DNA from: Eledone cirrhosa
Lineage: Eukaryota
NCBI GenBank assembly: GCA_964016885.1
Contig: OZ024744.1
Span: forward strand, 131,688,001-131,752,000
Reading direction: 5' to 3'
DNA length: 64,000 nucleotides
Shown here one piece after another: positions 36,001 to 49,839 of the stretch (positions within the stretch are counted from its first letter, which is position 1; each line of letters opens with the position of its first letter). Position numbers and translations under genes: made by a program. The notes below the pieces were generated by a model. The model saw only the letters and a list, made by a program, of their open reading frames with translations, was not told the DNA's origin and ran no database searches.

Positions 36001-39000
36001 GGGGTTAAGTTAAGTTGGGGGTAAGTTAAGTTGGGGGTAAGTTAAGTTGGGGTTAAGTTAAGTTAGGGTTAAGTTAAGTTGGGGTTGAGTTAAGTTGGGG
36101 TTAAGTTAAGTTGGGGTTATGTTAAGTTGGGGTTAAGTTAAGCTGCGGTTAAGTTAAGTTGGGGTTAAGTTAAGTTGGTGTTAAGTTAAATGGGGGTTAA
36201 GTTAAGTTGGGGTTAAGTTAAGTTGGGGTTAAGTTAGATTGTGGTTAAGTTAAGTTGGGGTTAAGTTAAGTTGGGGTTAAGTTAAGTTGGGGTCAAGTTA
36301 AGTTGGGGTTAAGTTAAGTTGGGGTTAAGTTGGGGTAAAGTTAAGTTAGGGTTAAGTTAAGTTGGGGTTGAGTTAAGTTGGGGTTAATTTAAGTTGGGGT
36401 TGAGTTAAGTTAGGGTTGAGTGAAGTTGGGGTTAAGTTAAGTTGGGGTTAAGTTAAGTTGGCGTTAAGTTAAGTTGGGGTTGAGTTTAGTTGGGGTTGAG
36501 TTAATTTAGGGTTAAGTTAAGTTGGGGTTAAGTTAAGTTGGGTTTAAGTTAAGTTGGGGTTAAATTAAGTTGGGGTTAAATTAAGATGGGGTTAAGTTAA
36601 GTTGGGGGTAAGTTAAGTTGGTGTTAAGTTAAGTTGGGGTTAAGTTAAGTTGGGGTTAAGTTAGGTTGGGGTCAAGTTAAGTTGGGGTTAAGTTAAGTTG
36701 GGGTTAAGTCAAGTTGGGGTTAAGTTAAGTTGGGGTTAATTTAGTTGGGGTTAAGTTAAGTTGGGGCTAAGTTAAGTTGGGGCTAAGTTAAGTTGGGGCT
36801 AAGTTAAGTTGGGGTTAAGTTAAGTTGGGGTTAAGTTAAGGTGGGGTTAATTTAAGTTGGGGTCAACTTAAATTGGGGTTAAGTTAAGTTGGGGTCAATT
36901 TAATGTGGGGTTAAGTTAAGTTGGGGTTAAGTTAAGTTGGTGTTAAGTTAAGTTGGGGCTGAGTTATGTTGGGGCTGAGTTAAGTTGGGGTTAAGTTAAG
37001 TTGGGGTTGAGTTAAGTTGGGGTTAAGTTAAGTTGGGGTTAAGTTAAGTTGGGGTTAAGTTAAGTTGGGGTTAAGTTAAGTTGGGGTTGAGTTAAGTTGG
37101 GGTTAAGTTAAGATGGGGTTAAGTTAAGTTGGGGTTCAGTTAAGTTGGGGTTAAGTTAAGTTGGGGTTAAGATGGGGTTAAATTAAGTTGGGGTTTAGTT
37201 AAGTTGGGGTTAAGTTAAGTTGGGGTTAAGTTAAGTTGGGTTAAGTTAAGTCGGGGTTAAGTTAAGTTGGGGTTGAGTTAAGTTGCGGTTGAGTTAAATT
37301 AGGGTGGAGTTAAGTTGGGGTTGAGTTAAGTTGGTGTTGTGTTAAGTTGGGGTTAAGTTAAGTTGGGGTTAAGTTAAGTTGCAGTTAAGTTAAGTTGAGG
37401 TTAAGTTAAGTTGGGGTTAAGTTAAGTTGGGGTTCAGTTAAGTTGCGGTTAATTTAAGTTGGGGTTAAGTTAAGTTGGGGTTAAGTTAAGTTGGGGTTAA
37501 GTTAAGTTGGGGTTAAGTTAAGTTGGTGTTAAGTTAAGTTGGGGCTAAGTTAAGTTGGGGCTGAGTTAAGTTGGGGCTGAGTTAAGTTGGGGTTAAGTTA
37601 AGTTGGGGTTGAGTTAAGTTGGGGTTAATTTAAGTTGGGGCTAAGTTAAGTTGGGGTTAAGTTAAGTTGGGGTTATGTTAAGTTGGGGTTAAGTTAAGTT
37701 GGGGTTAATTTAAATTGGGGTTAAGTTAACTTTGTGGTTAAGTTAAGTTGGGGTTAAGTTAAGTTGGGGTTAAGTTAAGTTGGGGTTGAGTTAATTGGGG
37801 TTGAGTGAAGTTGGGGTTAAGTTAAGTTGGGGTTAATTTAAGTTGGGGTTAAGTTAAGTCGGGGTTAAGTTAAGTTGGGGTTGAGTTAAGTTGGGGTTAA
37901 CTTAAGTTGGGGCTAAGTTAATTTGTGGTTAAGTTAAGTTGGGGTTAAGTTAAGTTGGGGTTAAGTTAAGTTGGGGTTAAGTTAAGTTGGGGTTGAGTTA
38001 ATTTAGGGTTAAGTTAAGTTGGGGTTAAGTTAAGTTGGGTTTAAGTTAAGTTGGGGTTAAATTAAGTTGGGGTTAAGTTAAGTTGGGGGTAAGTTAAGTT
38101 GGGGGCAAGTTAAGTTGGGGTTAAGTTAAGTTGGGGTAAAATTAAGTTGGGGTTAAGTTAAGTTGGTGTTAAGTTAAGTTGGGGTTTATTTAAGTTGGGG
38201 TTAATTAAGTTGGGGTTAAGTTAAGTTGGGGTTAAGTTAAGTTGGGGTTAATTTAAGTTGGGGTTGAGTTAAGTTGGGGTTAAGTTAAGTTGGGTTTATA
38301 TTAAGTTGGGGTTAAGTTAAGTTGGGGTTAAGTTAAGTTGGGGTTCAGTTAAGTTGCGGTTAAATTAAGTTGGGGTTAAGTTAAGTTGGGGGTAAGTTAA
38401 GTTGGGGGCAAGTTAAGTTGGGGTTAAGTTAAGTTGGGGTTAAATTAAGTTGGGGTTAAGTTAAGTTGGTGTTAAGTTAAGTTGGGGTTTATTTAAGTTG
38501 GGGTTAATTAAGTTGGGGTTAAGTTAAGTTGGGGTTAAGTTAAGTTGGGGTTAATTTAAGTTGGGGTTGAGTTAAGTTGGGGTTAAGTTAAGTTGGGTTT
38601 ATATTAAGTTGGGGTTAAGTTAAGTTGGGGTTAAGTTAAGTTGGGGTTCAGTTAAGTTGCGGTTAATTTAAGTTGGGGTTAATTTAAGTTGGGGTTAAGT
38701 TAAGTTGGGGTTAAGTTAAGTTGGGGTTAAGTTAAGTTGGTGTTAAGTTAAGTTGGGGCTAATTAAGTTGGGGCTGAGTTAAGTTGGGGTTAAGTTAAGT
38801 TGGGGTTAAGTTAAGTTGGGGTTAAGTTAAGTTGGGGTTTAGTTAAGTTGGGGTTCAGTTAAGTTGGGGTTAAGTTAAGTTTAGGTTAAGTTGGGGTTAA
38901 ATTAATTTGGGGTTAAGTTAAGTTGGGGTTTAGTTAAGTTGGGGTTAAGTTAAGTTGCGGGTAATTTAAGTTGGGGTTAAGTTAAGTTGGGGTTAAGTTA

Positions 39001-41438
39001 AGTTGGGGTTAAGTTAAGTTGGGGGTAAGTTAAGTTGGGGGTAAGTTAAGTTGGGGGTAAGTTAAGTTGGGGTTAAGTTAAGTTGGGGTTAAGTTAAGTT
39101 AGGGTTAAGTTAAGTTGGGGTTGAGTTAAGTTGGGGTTAAGTTAAGTTGGGGTTATGTTAAGTTGGGGTTAAGTTAAGTTGCGGTTAAGTTAAGTTGGGG
39201 TTAAGTTAAGTTGGGGTTAAGTTAAATTGGGGTTAAGTTAAGTTGGGGTTAAGTTAAGTTGGGGTTAAGTTAAGTTGGGGTTAAGTTAGATTAAGGTTAA
39301 GTTAAGTTGGGGTTAAGTTAAGTTGGGGTTAAGTTAAGTTGGGGTTAAGTTAAGGCGGGGTTAAGTTGAGTTGGTGTTAAGTTAAGTTGGGGTTAAGTTA
39401 AGTTGGGGTTGAGTTAATTTTGGGTTAACTTAAGTTGGGGGTACTTAAGTTGGGTTTAAGTTAAGTGGGGTTAAGTTAAGTTGGGGTTAAGTTAAGTTGG
39501 GGTTAAGTTAAGTTGGGGTTAAGTTAGGTTGTGGTTAAGTTAAGTTGGGGGTAAGTTAAGTTGGGGGTAAGTTAAGTTGGGGTTAATTTAAGTTGGGTCT
39601 AATTAAGTTGGGGTTAAGTTAAGTTGGGGTTAAGTTAAGTTGGGGTTGAGTTAAGTTGGGGTTAATTTAAGTTGGGGCTAAGTTAATTTGTGGTTAAGTT
39701 AAGTTGGGGTTAAGTTAAGTTGGGGTTAAGTTAAGTTGGGGGTAAGTTAAGTTGGGGGCAAGTTAAGATGGGGTTAAGTTAAGTTGGGGTTAAATTAAGT
39801 TGGGGTTAAGTTAAGTTGGTGTTAAGTTAAGTTGGGGTTTATTTAAGTTGGGGTTAATTAAGTTGGGGTTAAGTTTAGTTGGGGTTAAGTTAAGTTGGGG
39901 TTAATTTAAGTTGGGGTTGAGTTAAGTTGGGGTTAAGTTAAGTTGGGTTTATATTAAGTTGGGGTTAAGTTAAGTTGGGGTTAAGTTAAGTTGGGGTTCA
40001 GTTAAGTTGCGGTTAATTTAAGTTGGGGTTAAGTTAAGTTGGGGTTAAGTTAAGTTGGGGTTAAGTTAAGTTGGGGTTAAGTTAAGTTGGTGTTAAGTTA
40101 AGTTGGGGCTAAGTTAAGTTGGGGCTGAGTTAAGTTGGGGCTGAGTTAAGTTGGGGTTAACTTAAGTTGGGGTTGAGTTAAGTTGGGGTTAAGTTAAGTT
40201 GGGGTTAAGTTAAGTTGGGGTTAAGTTAAGTTGGGGTTAAGTTAAGTTGGGGTTTAGTTAAGTTGGGGTTCAGTTAAGTTGGGGTTAAGTTAAGTTTAGG
40301 TTAAGTTGGGGTTAAATTAATTTGGGGTTAAGTTAAGTTGGGGTTTAGTTAAGTTGGGGTTAAGTTAAGTTGGGGTTAATTTAAGTTGGGGTTAAGTTAA
40401 GTTGCGGGTAATTTAAGTTGGGGTTAAGTTAAGTTGGGGTTAAGTTAAGTTGGGGTTAAGTTAAGTTGGGGGTAAGTTAAGTTGGGGGTAAGTTAAGTTG
40501 GGGGTAAGTTAAGTTGGGGTTAAGTTAAGTTGCGGTTAAGTTAAGTTGGGGTTAAGTTAAGTTGGGGTTAACTTAAATTGGGGTTAAGTTAAGTTGGGGT
40601 TAAGTTAAGTTGGGGTTAAGTTAAGTTGGGGTTAAGTTAAGTTGGGGTTAAGTTAAGGCGGGGTTAAGTTGAGTTGGTGTTAAGTTAAGTTGGGGTTAAG
40701 TTAAGTTGGGGTTGAGTTAATTTTGGGTTAACTTAAGTTGGGGGTACTTAAGTTGGGTTTAAGTTAAGTGGGGTTAAGTTAAGTTGGGGTTAAGTTAAGT
40801 TGGGGTTAAGTTAAGTTGGGATTAAGTTAGGTTGTGGTTAAGTTAAGTTGGGGGTAAGTTAAGTTGGGGGTAAGTTAAGTTGGGGTTAATTTAAGTTGGG
40901 TCTAATTAAGTTGGGGTTAAGTTAAGTTGGGGTTAAGCTAAGTTGGGGTTGAGTTAATTTGGGGTTAACTTAAGTTGGGGGTACTTAAGTTGGGGTTAAG
41001 TTAAGTTGGGGTTAATTTAAATTGGGGTTAAGTTAACTTTGTGGTTAAGTTAAGTTGGGGTTAAGTTAAGTTGGGGTTAAGTTAAGTTGGGGTTCAGTTA
41101 AGTTGCGGTTAAGTTAAGTTGGGGTTAAGTTAAGTTGGGGTCAAGTTAAGCTGGGGTTAAGTTAAGTTGGGGTTAAGTTAGGTTGGTTAGTTAAGTTGAG
41201 TTTTAGTTAAGTTGGGGTTAATTTAAGTTGGGTTTAAGTTAAGTTGGGGTTAAGTTAAGTTGGGGTTAAGTTAAGTTGGGGTTAAGTTAATTTGGGGTTC
41301 AGTTAAGTTGGGGTTAAGTCAAGTTGGGGTTAAGTTGGGGTTAAATTAATTTGGGGTTAAGTTAAGTTGGGGTTAAGTTAAGTTGGGGTTAATTTAAGTT
41401 GGGGTTAAGTTAATTTGTGATTAAGTTAAGTTGGGGTT

Positions 41439-41862
41439 AACCCCAACTTCACTCAACCCCACCTTAACTCAACCCCAACTTAACTTAACCCCAACTTCAC
41501 TCAACCCCAACTTAACTTAACCCCAACTTCACTCAACCCCAACTTAACTCAAACCCAACTTAACTTAACCCCAACTTAACTTAACCCTAACTTAACTTAA
41601 CCCCGCTTAACTTAACTTCGACTTAACTTAACCCCAACTTAACTTAACCCCATTTTAACTTAACCCCAACTTAACTTAACCACAAATTAACTTAACCCCA
41701 ACTTAAATTAACCCCAACTTAAATTAACCCCAACTTAACTTAACCCCAACTTAACTTAACCCCAACTTAACTCACACCCAACTTAACTTACCCCCAACTT
41801 AACTTAACCCCAACTTGACTTAACCCCAACTTAACTTAACCCCAACTTAACTTAACCCCAAA
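41439..41862 (-). repeat. Inverted satellite cassette 10 (424 bp)
   Basis: Standard junctions; variants CTCAAACCC, CCCCGCTTAAC (1-bp deletion) and CCCCATTTT. Confidence 0.97.
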
Positions 41863-44800
41863 TTCGGGGTTAAGTTAAGTTGGGGTTAAGTTAAGTTAGG
41901 CTTAACTTAAGTTGGGGTTAAGTTAAGTTGGGGGTAAGTTAAGTTCTGGGTAAGTTAAGTTGGGGTTAAGTTAAGTTGGGGTTAAGTTGGGGTTAAGTTA
42001 AGTTAGGGTTAAGTTAAGTTGGGGTTGAGTTAAGTTGGGGTTAAGTTAAGTTGGGGTTAAGTTAAGTTGGGGTCAAGTTAAGTTGGGGTTAAAATTAAGT
42101 TTGGGTTAAGTCAAGTTGGGGTTAAGTTAAGTTGGGGTTAATTTAGTTGGGGTTAAGTTAAGTTGGGGCTAAGTTAAGTTGGGGCTAAGTTAAGTTAGGG
42201 CTAAGTTAAGTTGGGGTTAAGTTAAGTTGGGGTTAAGTTAAGTTGGGGTTAATTTAAATTGGGGTTAAGTTAACTTTGTGGTTAAGTTAAGTTGGGGTTA
42301 AGTTAAGTTGGGGTTAAGTTAAGTTGGGGTTGAGTTAAGTTGGGGTTGAGTTAATTTAGGGTTAAGTTAAGTTGGGGTTAAGTTAAGTTGGGTTTAAATT
42401 AAGTTGGGGTTAAATTAAGTTGGGGTAAATTTAAGTTGGGGGTAAGTTAAGTTGGGGTTAAGTTAAGTTGGGGTTAAGTTAAGTTGGGGTTAAGTTAAGT
42501 TGGGGTTAAGTTAAGTTGGGGTCAAGTTAAGTTGGGGTTAAAATTAAGTTGGGGTTTAGTTAAGTTGGGGTTCAGTTAAGTTGGGGTTAAGTTAAGTTTA
42601 GGTTAAGTTGGGGTTAAATTAATTTGGGGTTAAGTTAAGTTGGGGTTTAGTTAAGTTGGGGTTAAGTTAAGTTGGGGTTAATTTAAGTTGGGGTTAAGTT
42701 AAGTTGCGGGTAATTTAAGTTGGGGTTAAGTTAAGTTGGGGTTAAGTTAAGTTGGGGTTAAGTTAAGTTGGGGTTAAGTTAAGTTGGGGGTAAGTTAAGT
42801 TGGGGGTAAGTTAAGTTGGGGGTAAGTTAAGTTGGGGTTAAGTTAAGTTGGGGTTAAGTTAAGTTAGCGTTAAGTTAAGTTGGGGTTGAGTTAAGTTGGG
42901 GTTAAGTTAAGTTGGGGTTATGTTAAGTTGGGGTTAAGTTAAGTTGCGGTTAAGTTAAGTTGGGGTTAAGTTAAGTTGGGGTTAAGTTAAATTGGGGTTA
43001 AGTTAAGTTGGGGTTAAGTTAAGTTGGGGTTAAGTTAAGTTGGGGTTAAGTTAGATTGTGGTCAAGTTAAGTTGGGGTTAAGTTAAGTTGGGGTTAAGTT
43101 AAGGCGGGGTTAAGTTAAGGCGGGGTTAAGTTGAGTTGGTGTTAAGTTAAGTTGGGGTTAAGTTAAGTTGGGGTTGAGTTAATTTTGGGTTAACTTAAGT
43201 TGGGGGTACTTAAGTTGGGTTTAAGTTAAGTGGGGTTAAGTTAAGTTGGGGTTAAGTTAAGTTGGGGTTAAGTTAAGTTGGGGTTAAGTTAGGTTGTGGT
43301 TAAGTTAAGTTGGGGGTAAGTTAAGTTGGGGGTAAGTTAAGTTGGGGTTAATTTAAGTTGGGTCTAATTAAGTTGGGGTTAAGTTAAGTTGGGGTTGAGT
43401 TAAGTTGGTGTTAATTTAAGTTGGGGCTAAATTAATTTGTGGTTAAGTTAAGTTGGGGTTAAGTTAAGTTGGGGTTAAGTTAAGTTGGGGCTGAGTTAAG
43501 TTGGGGTTGAGTTAATTTAGGGTTAAGTTAAGTTGGGGTTAAGTTAAGTTGGGTTTAAGTTAAGTTGGGGTTAAATTAAGTTGGGATTAAGTTAAGTTGG
43601 GGGTAAGTTAAGTTGGGGTTAAGTTAAGTTGGGGCTAAGTTAAGTTGGGGCTGAGTTAAGTTGGGGTTAAGTTAAGTTGGGGTTAAGTTAAGTTGGGGTT
43701 AAGTTAGGTTGTGGTTAAGTTAAGTTGGGGGTAAGTTAAGTTGGGGATAAATTAAGTTGGGGTTAATTTAAGTTGGGTCTAATTAAGTTGGGGTTAAGTT
43801 AAGTTGGGGTTAAGTTAAGTTGGGATTGAGTTAAGTTGGGGTTAATTTAAGTTGGGGCTAAGTTAATTTGTGGTTAAGTTAAGTTGGGGTTAAGTTAAGT
43901 TGGGGTTAATTTAAGTTGGGGGTAAGTTAAGTTGGGGGCAAGTTAAGATGGGGTTAAGTTAAGTTGGGGTTAAATTAAGTTGGGGTTAAGTTAAGTTGGT
44001 GTTAAGTTAAGTTGGGGTTGAGTTAAGTTGGGGTTAAGTTAAGTTGGGTTTATATTAAGTTGGGGTTAAGTTAAGTTGGGGTTAAGTTAAGTTGGGGTTC
44101 AGTTAAGTTGCGGTTAATTTAAGTTGGGGTTAAGTTAAGTTGGGGTTAAGTTAAGTTGGGGTTAAGTTAAGTTGGGGTTAAGTTAAGTTGGTGTTAAGTT
44201 AAGTTGGGGCTAAGTTAAGTTGGGGCTGAGTTAAGTTGGGGCTGAGTTAAGTTGGGGTTAAGTTAAGTTGGGGTTGAGTTAAGTTGGGGTTAAGTTAAGT
44301 TGGGGTTAAGTTAAGTTGGGGTTAAGTTAAGTTGGGGTTAAGTTAAGTTGGGGTTTAGTTAAGTTGGGGTTCAGTTAAGTTGGGGTTAAGTTAAGTTTAG
44401 GTTAAGTTGGGGTTAAATTAATTTGGGGTTAAGTTAAGTTGGGGTTTAGTTAAGTTGGGGTTAAGTTAAGTTGGGGTTAATTTAAGTTGGGGTTAAGTTA
44501 AGTTGCGGGTAATTTAAGTTAGGGTTAAGTTAAGTTGGGGTTAAGTTAAGTTGGGGTTAAGTTAAGTTGGGGTTAAGTTAAGTTGGGGGTAAGTTAAGTT
44601 GGGGGTAAGTTAAGTTGGGGGTAAGTTAAGTTGGGGTTAAGTTAAGTTGGGGTTAAGTTAAGTTAGGGTTAAGTTAAGTTGGGGTTGAGTTAAATTGGGG
44701 TTAAGTTAAGTTGGGGTTATGTTAAGTTGGGGTTAAGTTAAGTTGCGGTTAAGTTAAGTTGGGGTTAAGTTAAGTTGGGGTTAATTTAAATTGGGGTTAA

Positions 44801-47001
44801 GTTAAGTTGGGGTTAAGTTAAGTTGGGGTTAAGTTAAGTTGGGGTTAAGTTAAGGCGGGGTTAAGTTGAGTTGGTGTTAAGTTAAGTTGGGGTTAAGTTA
44901 AGTTGGGGTTGAGTTAATTTTGGGTTAACTTAAGTTGGGGGTACTTAAGTTGGGTTTAAGTTAAGTGGGGTTAAGTTAAGTTGGGGTTAAGTTAAGTTGG
45001 GGTTAAGTTAGGTTGTGGTTAAGTTAAGTTGGGGGTAAGTTAAGTTGGGGGTAAGTTAAGTTGGGGTTAATTTAAGTTGGGTCTAATTAAGTTGGGGTTA
45101 AGTTAAGTTGGGGTTAAGTTAAGTTGGGGTTGAGTTAAGTTGGGGTTAATTTAAGTTGGGGCTAAGTTAATTTGTGGTTAAGTTAAGTTGGGGTTAAGTT
45201 AAGTTGGGGTTAAGTTAAGTTGGGGGTAAGTTAAGTTGGGGGCAAGTTAAGATGGGGTTAAGTTAAGTTGGGGTTAAATTAAGTTGGGGTTAAGTTAAGT
45301 TGGTGTTAAGTTAAGTTGGGGTTTATTTAAGTTGGGGTTAATTAAGTTGGGGTTAAGTTTAGTTGGGGTTAAGTTAAGTTGGGGTTAATTTAAGTTGGGG
45401 TTGAGTTAAGTTGGGGTTAAGTTAAGTTGGGTTTATATTAAGTTGGGGTTAAGTTAAGTTGGGGTTAAGTTAAGTTGGGGTTCAGTTAAGTTGCGGTTAA
45501 TTTAAGTTGGGGTTAAGTTAAGTTGGGGTTAAGTTAAGTTGGGGTTAAGTTAAGTTGGGGTTAAGTTAAGTTGGTGTTAAGTTAAGTTGGGGCTAAGTTA
45601 AGTTGGGGCTGAGTTAAGTTGGGGCTGAGTTAAGTTGGGGTTAACTTAAGTTGGGGTTGAGTTAAGTTGGGGTTAAGTTAAGTTGGGGTTAAGTTAAGTT
45701 GGGGTTAAGTTAAGTTGGGGTTAAGTTAAGTTGGGGTTTAGTTAAGTTGGGGTTCAGTTAAGTTGGGGTTAAGTTAAGTTTAGGTTAAGTTGGGGTTAAA
45801 TTAATTTGGGGTTAAGTTAAGTTGGGGTTTAGTTAAGTTGGGGTTAAGTTAAGTTGGGGTTAATTTAAGTTGGGGTTAAGTTAAGTTGCGGGTAATTTAA
45901 GTTGGGGTTAAGTTAAGTTGGGGTTAAGTTAAGTTGGGGTTAAGTTAAGTTGGGGGTAAGTTAAGTTGGGGGTAAGTTAAGTTGGGGTAAGTTAAGTTGG
46001 GGTTAAGTTAAGTTGCGGTTAAGTTAAGTTGGGGTTAAGTTAAGTTGGGGTTAACTTAAATTGGGGTTAAGTTAAGTTGGGGTTAAGTTAAGTTGGGGTT
46101 AAGTTAGATTGTGGTTGAGTTAAGTTGGGGTTAAGTTAAGTTGGGGTTAAGTTAAGTTGGGGTTAAGTTAAGGCGGGGTTAAGTTGAGTTGGTGTTAAGT
46201 TAAGTTGGGGTTAAGTTAAGTTGGGGTTGAGTTAATTTTGGGTTAACTTAAGTTGGGGGTACTTAAGTTGGGTTTAAGTTAAGTGGGGTTAAGTTAAGTT
46301 GGGGTTAAGTTAAGTTGGGGTTAAGTTAAGTTGGGATTAAGTTAGGTTGTGGTTAAGTTAAGTTGGGGGTAAGTTAAGTTGGGGGTAAGTTAAGTTGGGG
46401 TTAATTTAAGTTGGGTCTAATTAAGTTGGGGTTAATTTAAGTTGGGGTTAAGCTAAGTTGGGGTTGAGTTAATTTGGGGTTAACTTAAGTTGGGGGTACT
46501 TAAGTTGGGGTTAAGTTAAGTTGGGGTTAAGTTAAGTGGTGGTTATGTTAAGTTGGGGTTAAGTTAAGTTGGGGTTAATTTAAATTGGGGTTAAGTTAAC
46601 TTTGTGGTTAAGTTAAGTTGGGGTTAAGTTAAGTTGGGGTTAAGTTAAGTTGGGGTTCAGTTAAGTTGCGGTTAAGTTAAGTTGGGGTTAAGTTAAGCTG
46701 GGGTCAAGTTAAGCTGGGGTTAAGTTAAGTTGGGGTTAAGTTAGGTTGGTTAGTTAAGTTGAGTTTTAGTTAAGTTGGGGTTAATTTAAGTTGGGTTTAA
46801 GTTAAGTTGGGGTTAAGTTAAGTTGGGGTTAAGTTAAGTTGGGGTTAAGTTAATTTGGGGTTCAGTTAAGTTGGGGTTAAGTCAAGTTGGGGTTAAGTTG
46901 GGGTTAAATTAATTTGGGGTTAAGTTAAGTTGGGGTTAAGTTAAGTTGGGGTTAATTTAAGTTGGGGTTAAGTTAATTTGTGATTAAGTTAAGTTGGGGT
47001 T

Positions 47002-47425
47002 AACCCCAACTTCACTCAACCCCACCTTAACTCAACCCCAACTTAACTTAACCCCAACTTCACTCAACCCCAACTTAACTTAACCCCAACTTCACTCAAC
47101 CCCAACTTAACTCAAACCCAACTTAACTTAACCCCAACTTAACTTAACCCTAACTTAACTTAACCCCGCTTAACTTAACTTCGACTTAACTTAACCCCAA
47201 CTTAACTTAACCCCATTTTAACTTAACCCCAACTTAACTTAACCACAAATTAACTTAACCCCAACTTAAATTAACCCCAACTTAAATTAACCCCAACTTA
47301 ACTTAACCCCAACTTAACTTAACCCCAACTTAACTCACACCCAACTTAACTTACCCCCAACTTAACTTAACCCCAACTTGACGTAACCCCAACTTAACTT
47401 AACCCCAACTTAACTTAACCCCAAA
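47002..47425 (-). repeat. Inverted satellite cassette 11 (424 bp; sister of cassette 10)
   Basis: Shares the variants of cassette 10 and the upstream TTTGTGA; offset 5563. Confidence 0.97.
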
Positions 47426-49839
47426 TTCGGGGTTAAGTTAAGTTGGGGTTAAGTTAAGTTAGGCTTAACTTAAGTTGGGGTTAAGTTAAGTTGGGGGTAA
47501 GTTAAGTTCTGGGTAAGTTAAGTTGGGGTTAAGTTAAGTTGGGGTTAAGTTGGGGTTAAGTTAAGTTAGGGTTAAGTTAAGTTGGGGTTGAGTTAAGTTG
47601 GGGTTAAGTTAAGTTGGGGTTAAGTTAAGTTGGGGTCAAGTTAAGTTGGGGTTAAAATTAAGTTTGGGTTAAGTCAAGTTGGGGTTAAGTTAAGTTGGGG
47701 TTAATTTAGTTGGGGTTAAGTTAAGTTGGGGCTAAGTTAAGTTGGGGCTAAGTTAAGTTAGGGCTAAGTTAAGTTGGGGTTAAGTTAAGTTGGGGTTAAG
47801 TTAAGTTGGGGTTAATTTAAATTGGGGTTACGTTAACTTTGTGGTTAAGTTAAGTTGGGGTTAAGTTAAGTTGGGGTTAAGTTAAGTTGGGGTTGAGTTA
47901 AGTTGGGGTTGAGTTAATTTAGGGTTAAGTTAAGTTGGGGTTAAGTTAAGTTGGGTTTAAATTAAGTTGGGGTTAAATTAAGTTGGGGTAAATTTAAGTT
48001 GGGGGTAAGTTAAGTTGGGGTTAAGTTAAGTTGGGGTTAAGTTAAGTTGGGGTTAAGTTAAGTTGGGGTTAAGTTAAGTTGGGGTCAAGTTAAGTTGGGG
48101 TTAAAATTAAGTTGGGGTTTAGTTAAGTTGGGGTTCAGTTAAGTTGGGGTTAAGTTAAGTTTAGGTTAAGTTGGGGTTAAATTAATTTGGGGTTAAGTTA
48201 AGTTGGGGTTTAGTTAAGTTGGGGTTAAGTTAAGTTGGGGTTAATTTAAGTTGGGGTTAAGTTAAGTTGCGGGTAATTTAAGTTGGGGTTAAGTTAAGTT
48301 GGGGTTAATTTAAGTTGGGGTTAAGTTAAGTTGGGGTTAAGTTAAGTTGGGGGTAAGTTAAGTTGGGGGTAAGTTAAGTTGGGGGTAAGTTAAGTTGGGG
48401 TTAAGTTAAGTTGGGGTTAAGTTAAGTTAGGGTTAAGTTAAGTTGGGGTTGAGTTAAGTTGGGGTTAAGTTAAGTTGGGGTTATGTTAAGTTGGGGTTAA
48501 GTTAAGTTGCGGTTAAGTTAAGTTGGGGTTAAGTTAAGTTGGGGTTAAGTTAAATTGGGGTTAAGTTAAGTTGGGGTTAAGTTAAGTTGGGGTTAAGTTA
48601 AGTTGGGGTTAAGTTAGATTGTGGTCAAGTTAAGTTGGGGTTAAGTTAAGTTGGGGTTAAGTTAAGGCGGGGTTAAGTTAAGGCGGGGTTAAGTTGAGTT
48701 GGTGTTAAGTTAAGTTGGGGTTAAGTTAAGTTGGGGTTGAGTTAATTTTGGGTTAACTTAAGTTGGGGGTACTTAAGTTGGGTTAAAGTTAAGTGGGGTT
48801 AAGTTAAGTTGGGGTTAAGTTAAGTTGGGGTTAAGTTAAGTTGGGGTTAAGTTAGGTTGTGGTTAAGTTAAGTTGGGGGTAAGTTAAGTTGGGGGTAAGT
48901 TAAGTTGGGGTTAATTTAAGTTGGGTCTAATTAAGTTGGGGTTAAGTTAAGTTGGGGTTAAGTTAAGTTGGGGTTGAGTTAAGTTGGTGTTAATTTAAGT
49001 TGGGGCTAAGTTAATTTGTGGTTAAGTTAAGTTGGGGTTAAGTTAAGTTGGGGTTAAGTTAAGTTGGGGCTGAGTTAAGTTGGGGTTGAGTTAATTTAGG
49101 GTTAAGTTAAGTTGGGGTTAAGTTAAGTTGGGTTTAAGTTAAGTTGGGGTTAAATTAAGTTGGGGTTAAGTTAAGTTGGGGGTAAGTTAAGTTGGGGTTA
49201 AGTTAAGTTGGGGCTAAGTTAAGTTGGGGCTGAGTTAAGTTGGGGTTAAGTTAAGTTGGGGTTAAGTTAAGTTGGGGTTAAGTTAGGTTGTGGTTAAGTT
49301 AAGTTGGGGGTAAGTTAAGTTGGGGATAAATTAAGTTGGGGTTAATTTAAGTTGAGTCTAATTAAGTTGGGGTTAAGTTAAGTTGGGGTTAAGTTAAGTT
49401 GGGATTGAGTTAAGTTGGGGTTAATTTAAGTTGGGGCTAAGTTAATTTGTGGTTAAGTTAAGTTGGGGTTAAGTTAAGTTGGGGTTAATTTAAGTTGGGG
49501 GTAAGTTAAGTTGGGGGCAAGTTAAGATGGGGTTAAGTTAAGTTGGGGTTAAATTAAGTTGGGGTTAAGTTAAGTTGGTGTTAAGTTAAGTTGGGGTTGA
49601 GTTAAGTTGGGGTTAAGTTAAGTTGGGTTTATATTAAGTTGGGGTTAAGTTAAGTTGGGGTTAAGTTAAGTTGGGGTTCAGTTAAGTTGCGGTTAATTTA
49701 AGTTGGGGTTAAGTTAAGTTGGGGTTAAGTTAAGTTGGGGTTAAGTTAAGTTGGGGTTAAGTTAAGTTGGTGTTAAGTTAAGTTGGGGCTAAGTTAAGTT
49801 GGGGCTGAGTTAAGTTGGGGCTGAGTTAAGTTGGGGTTA

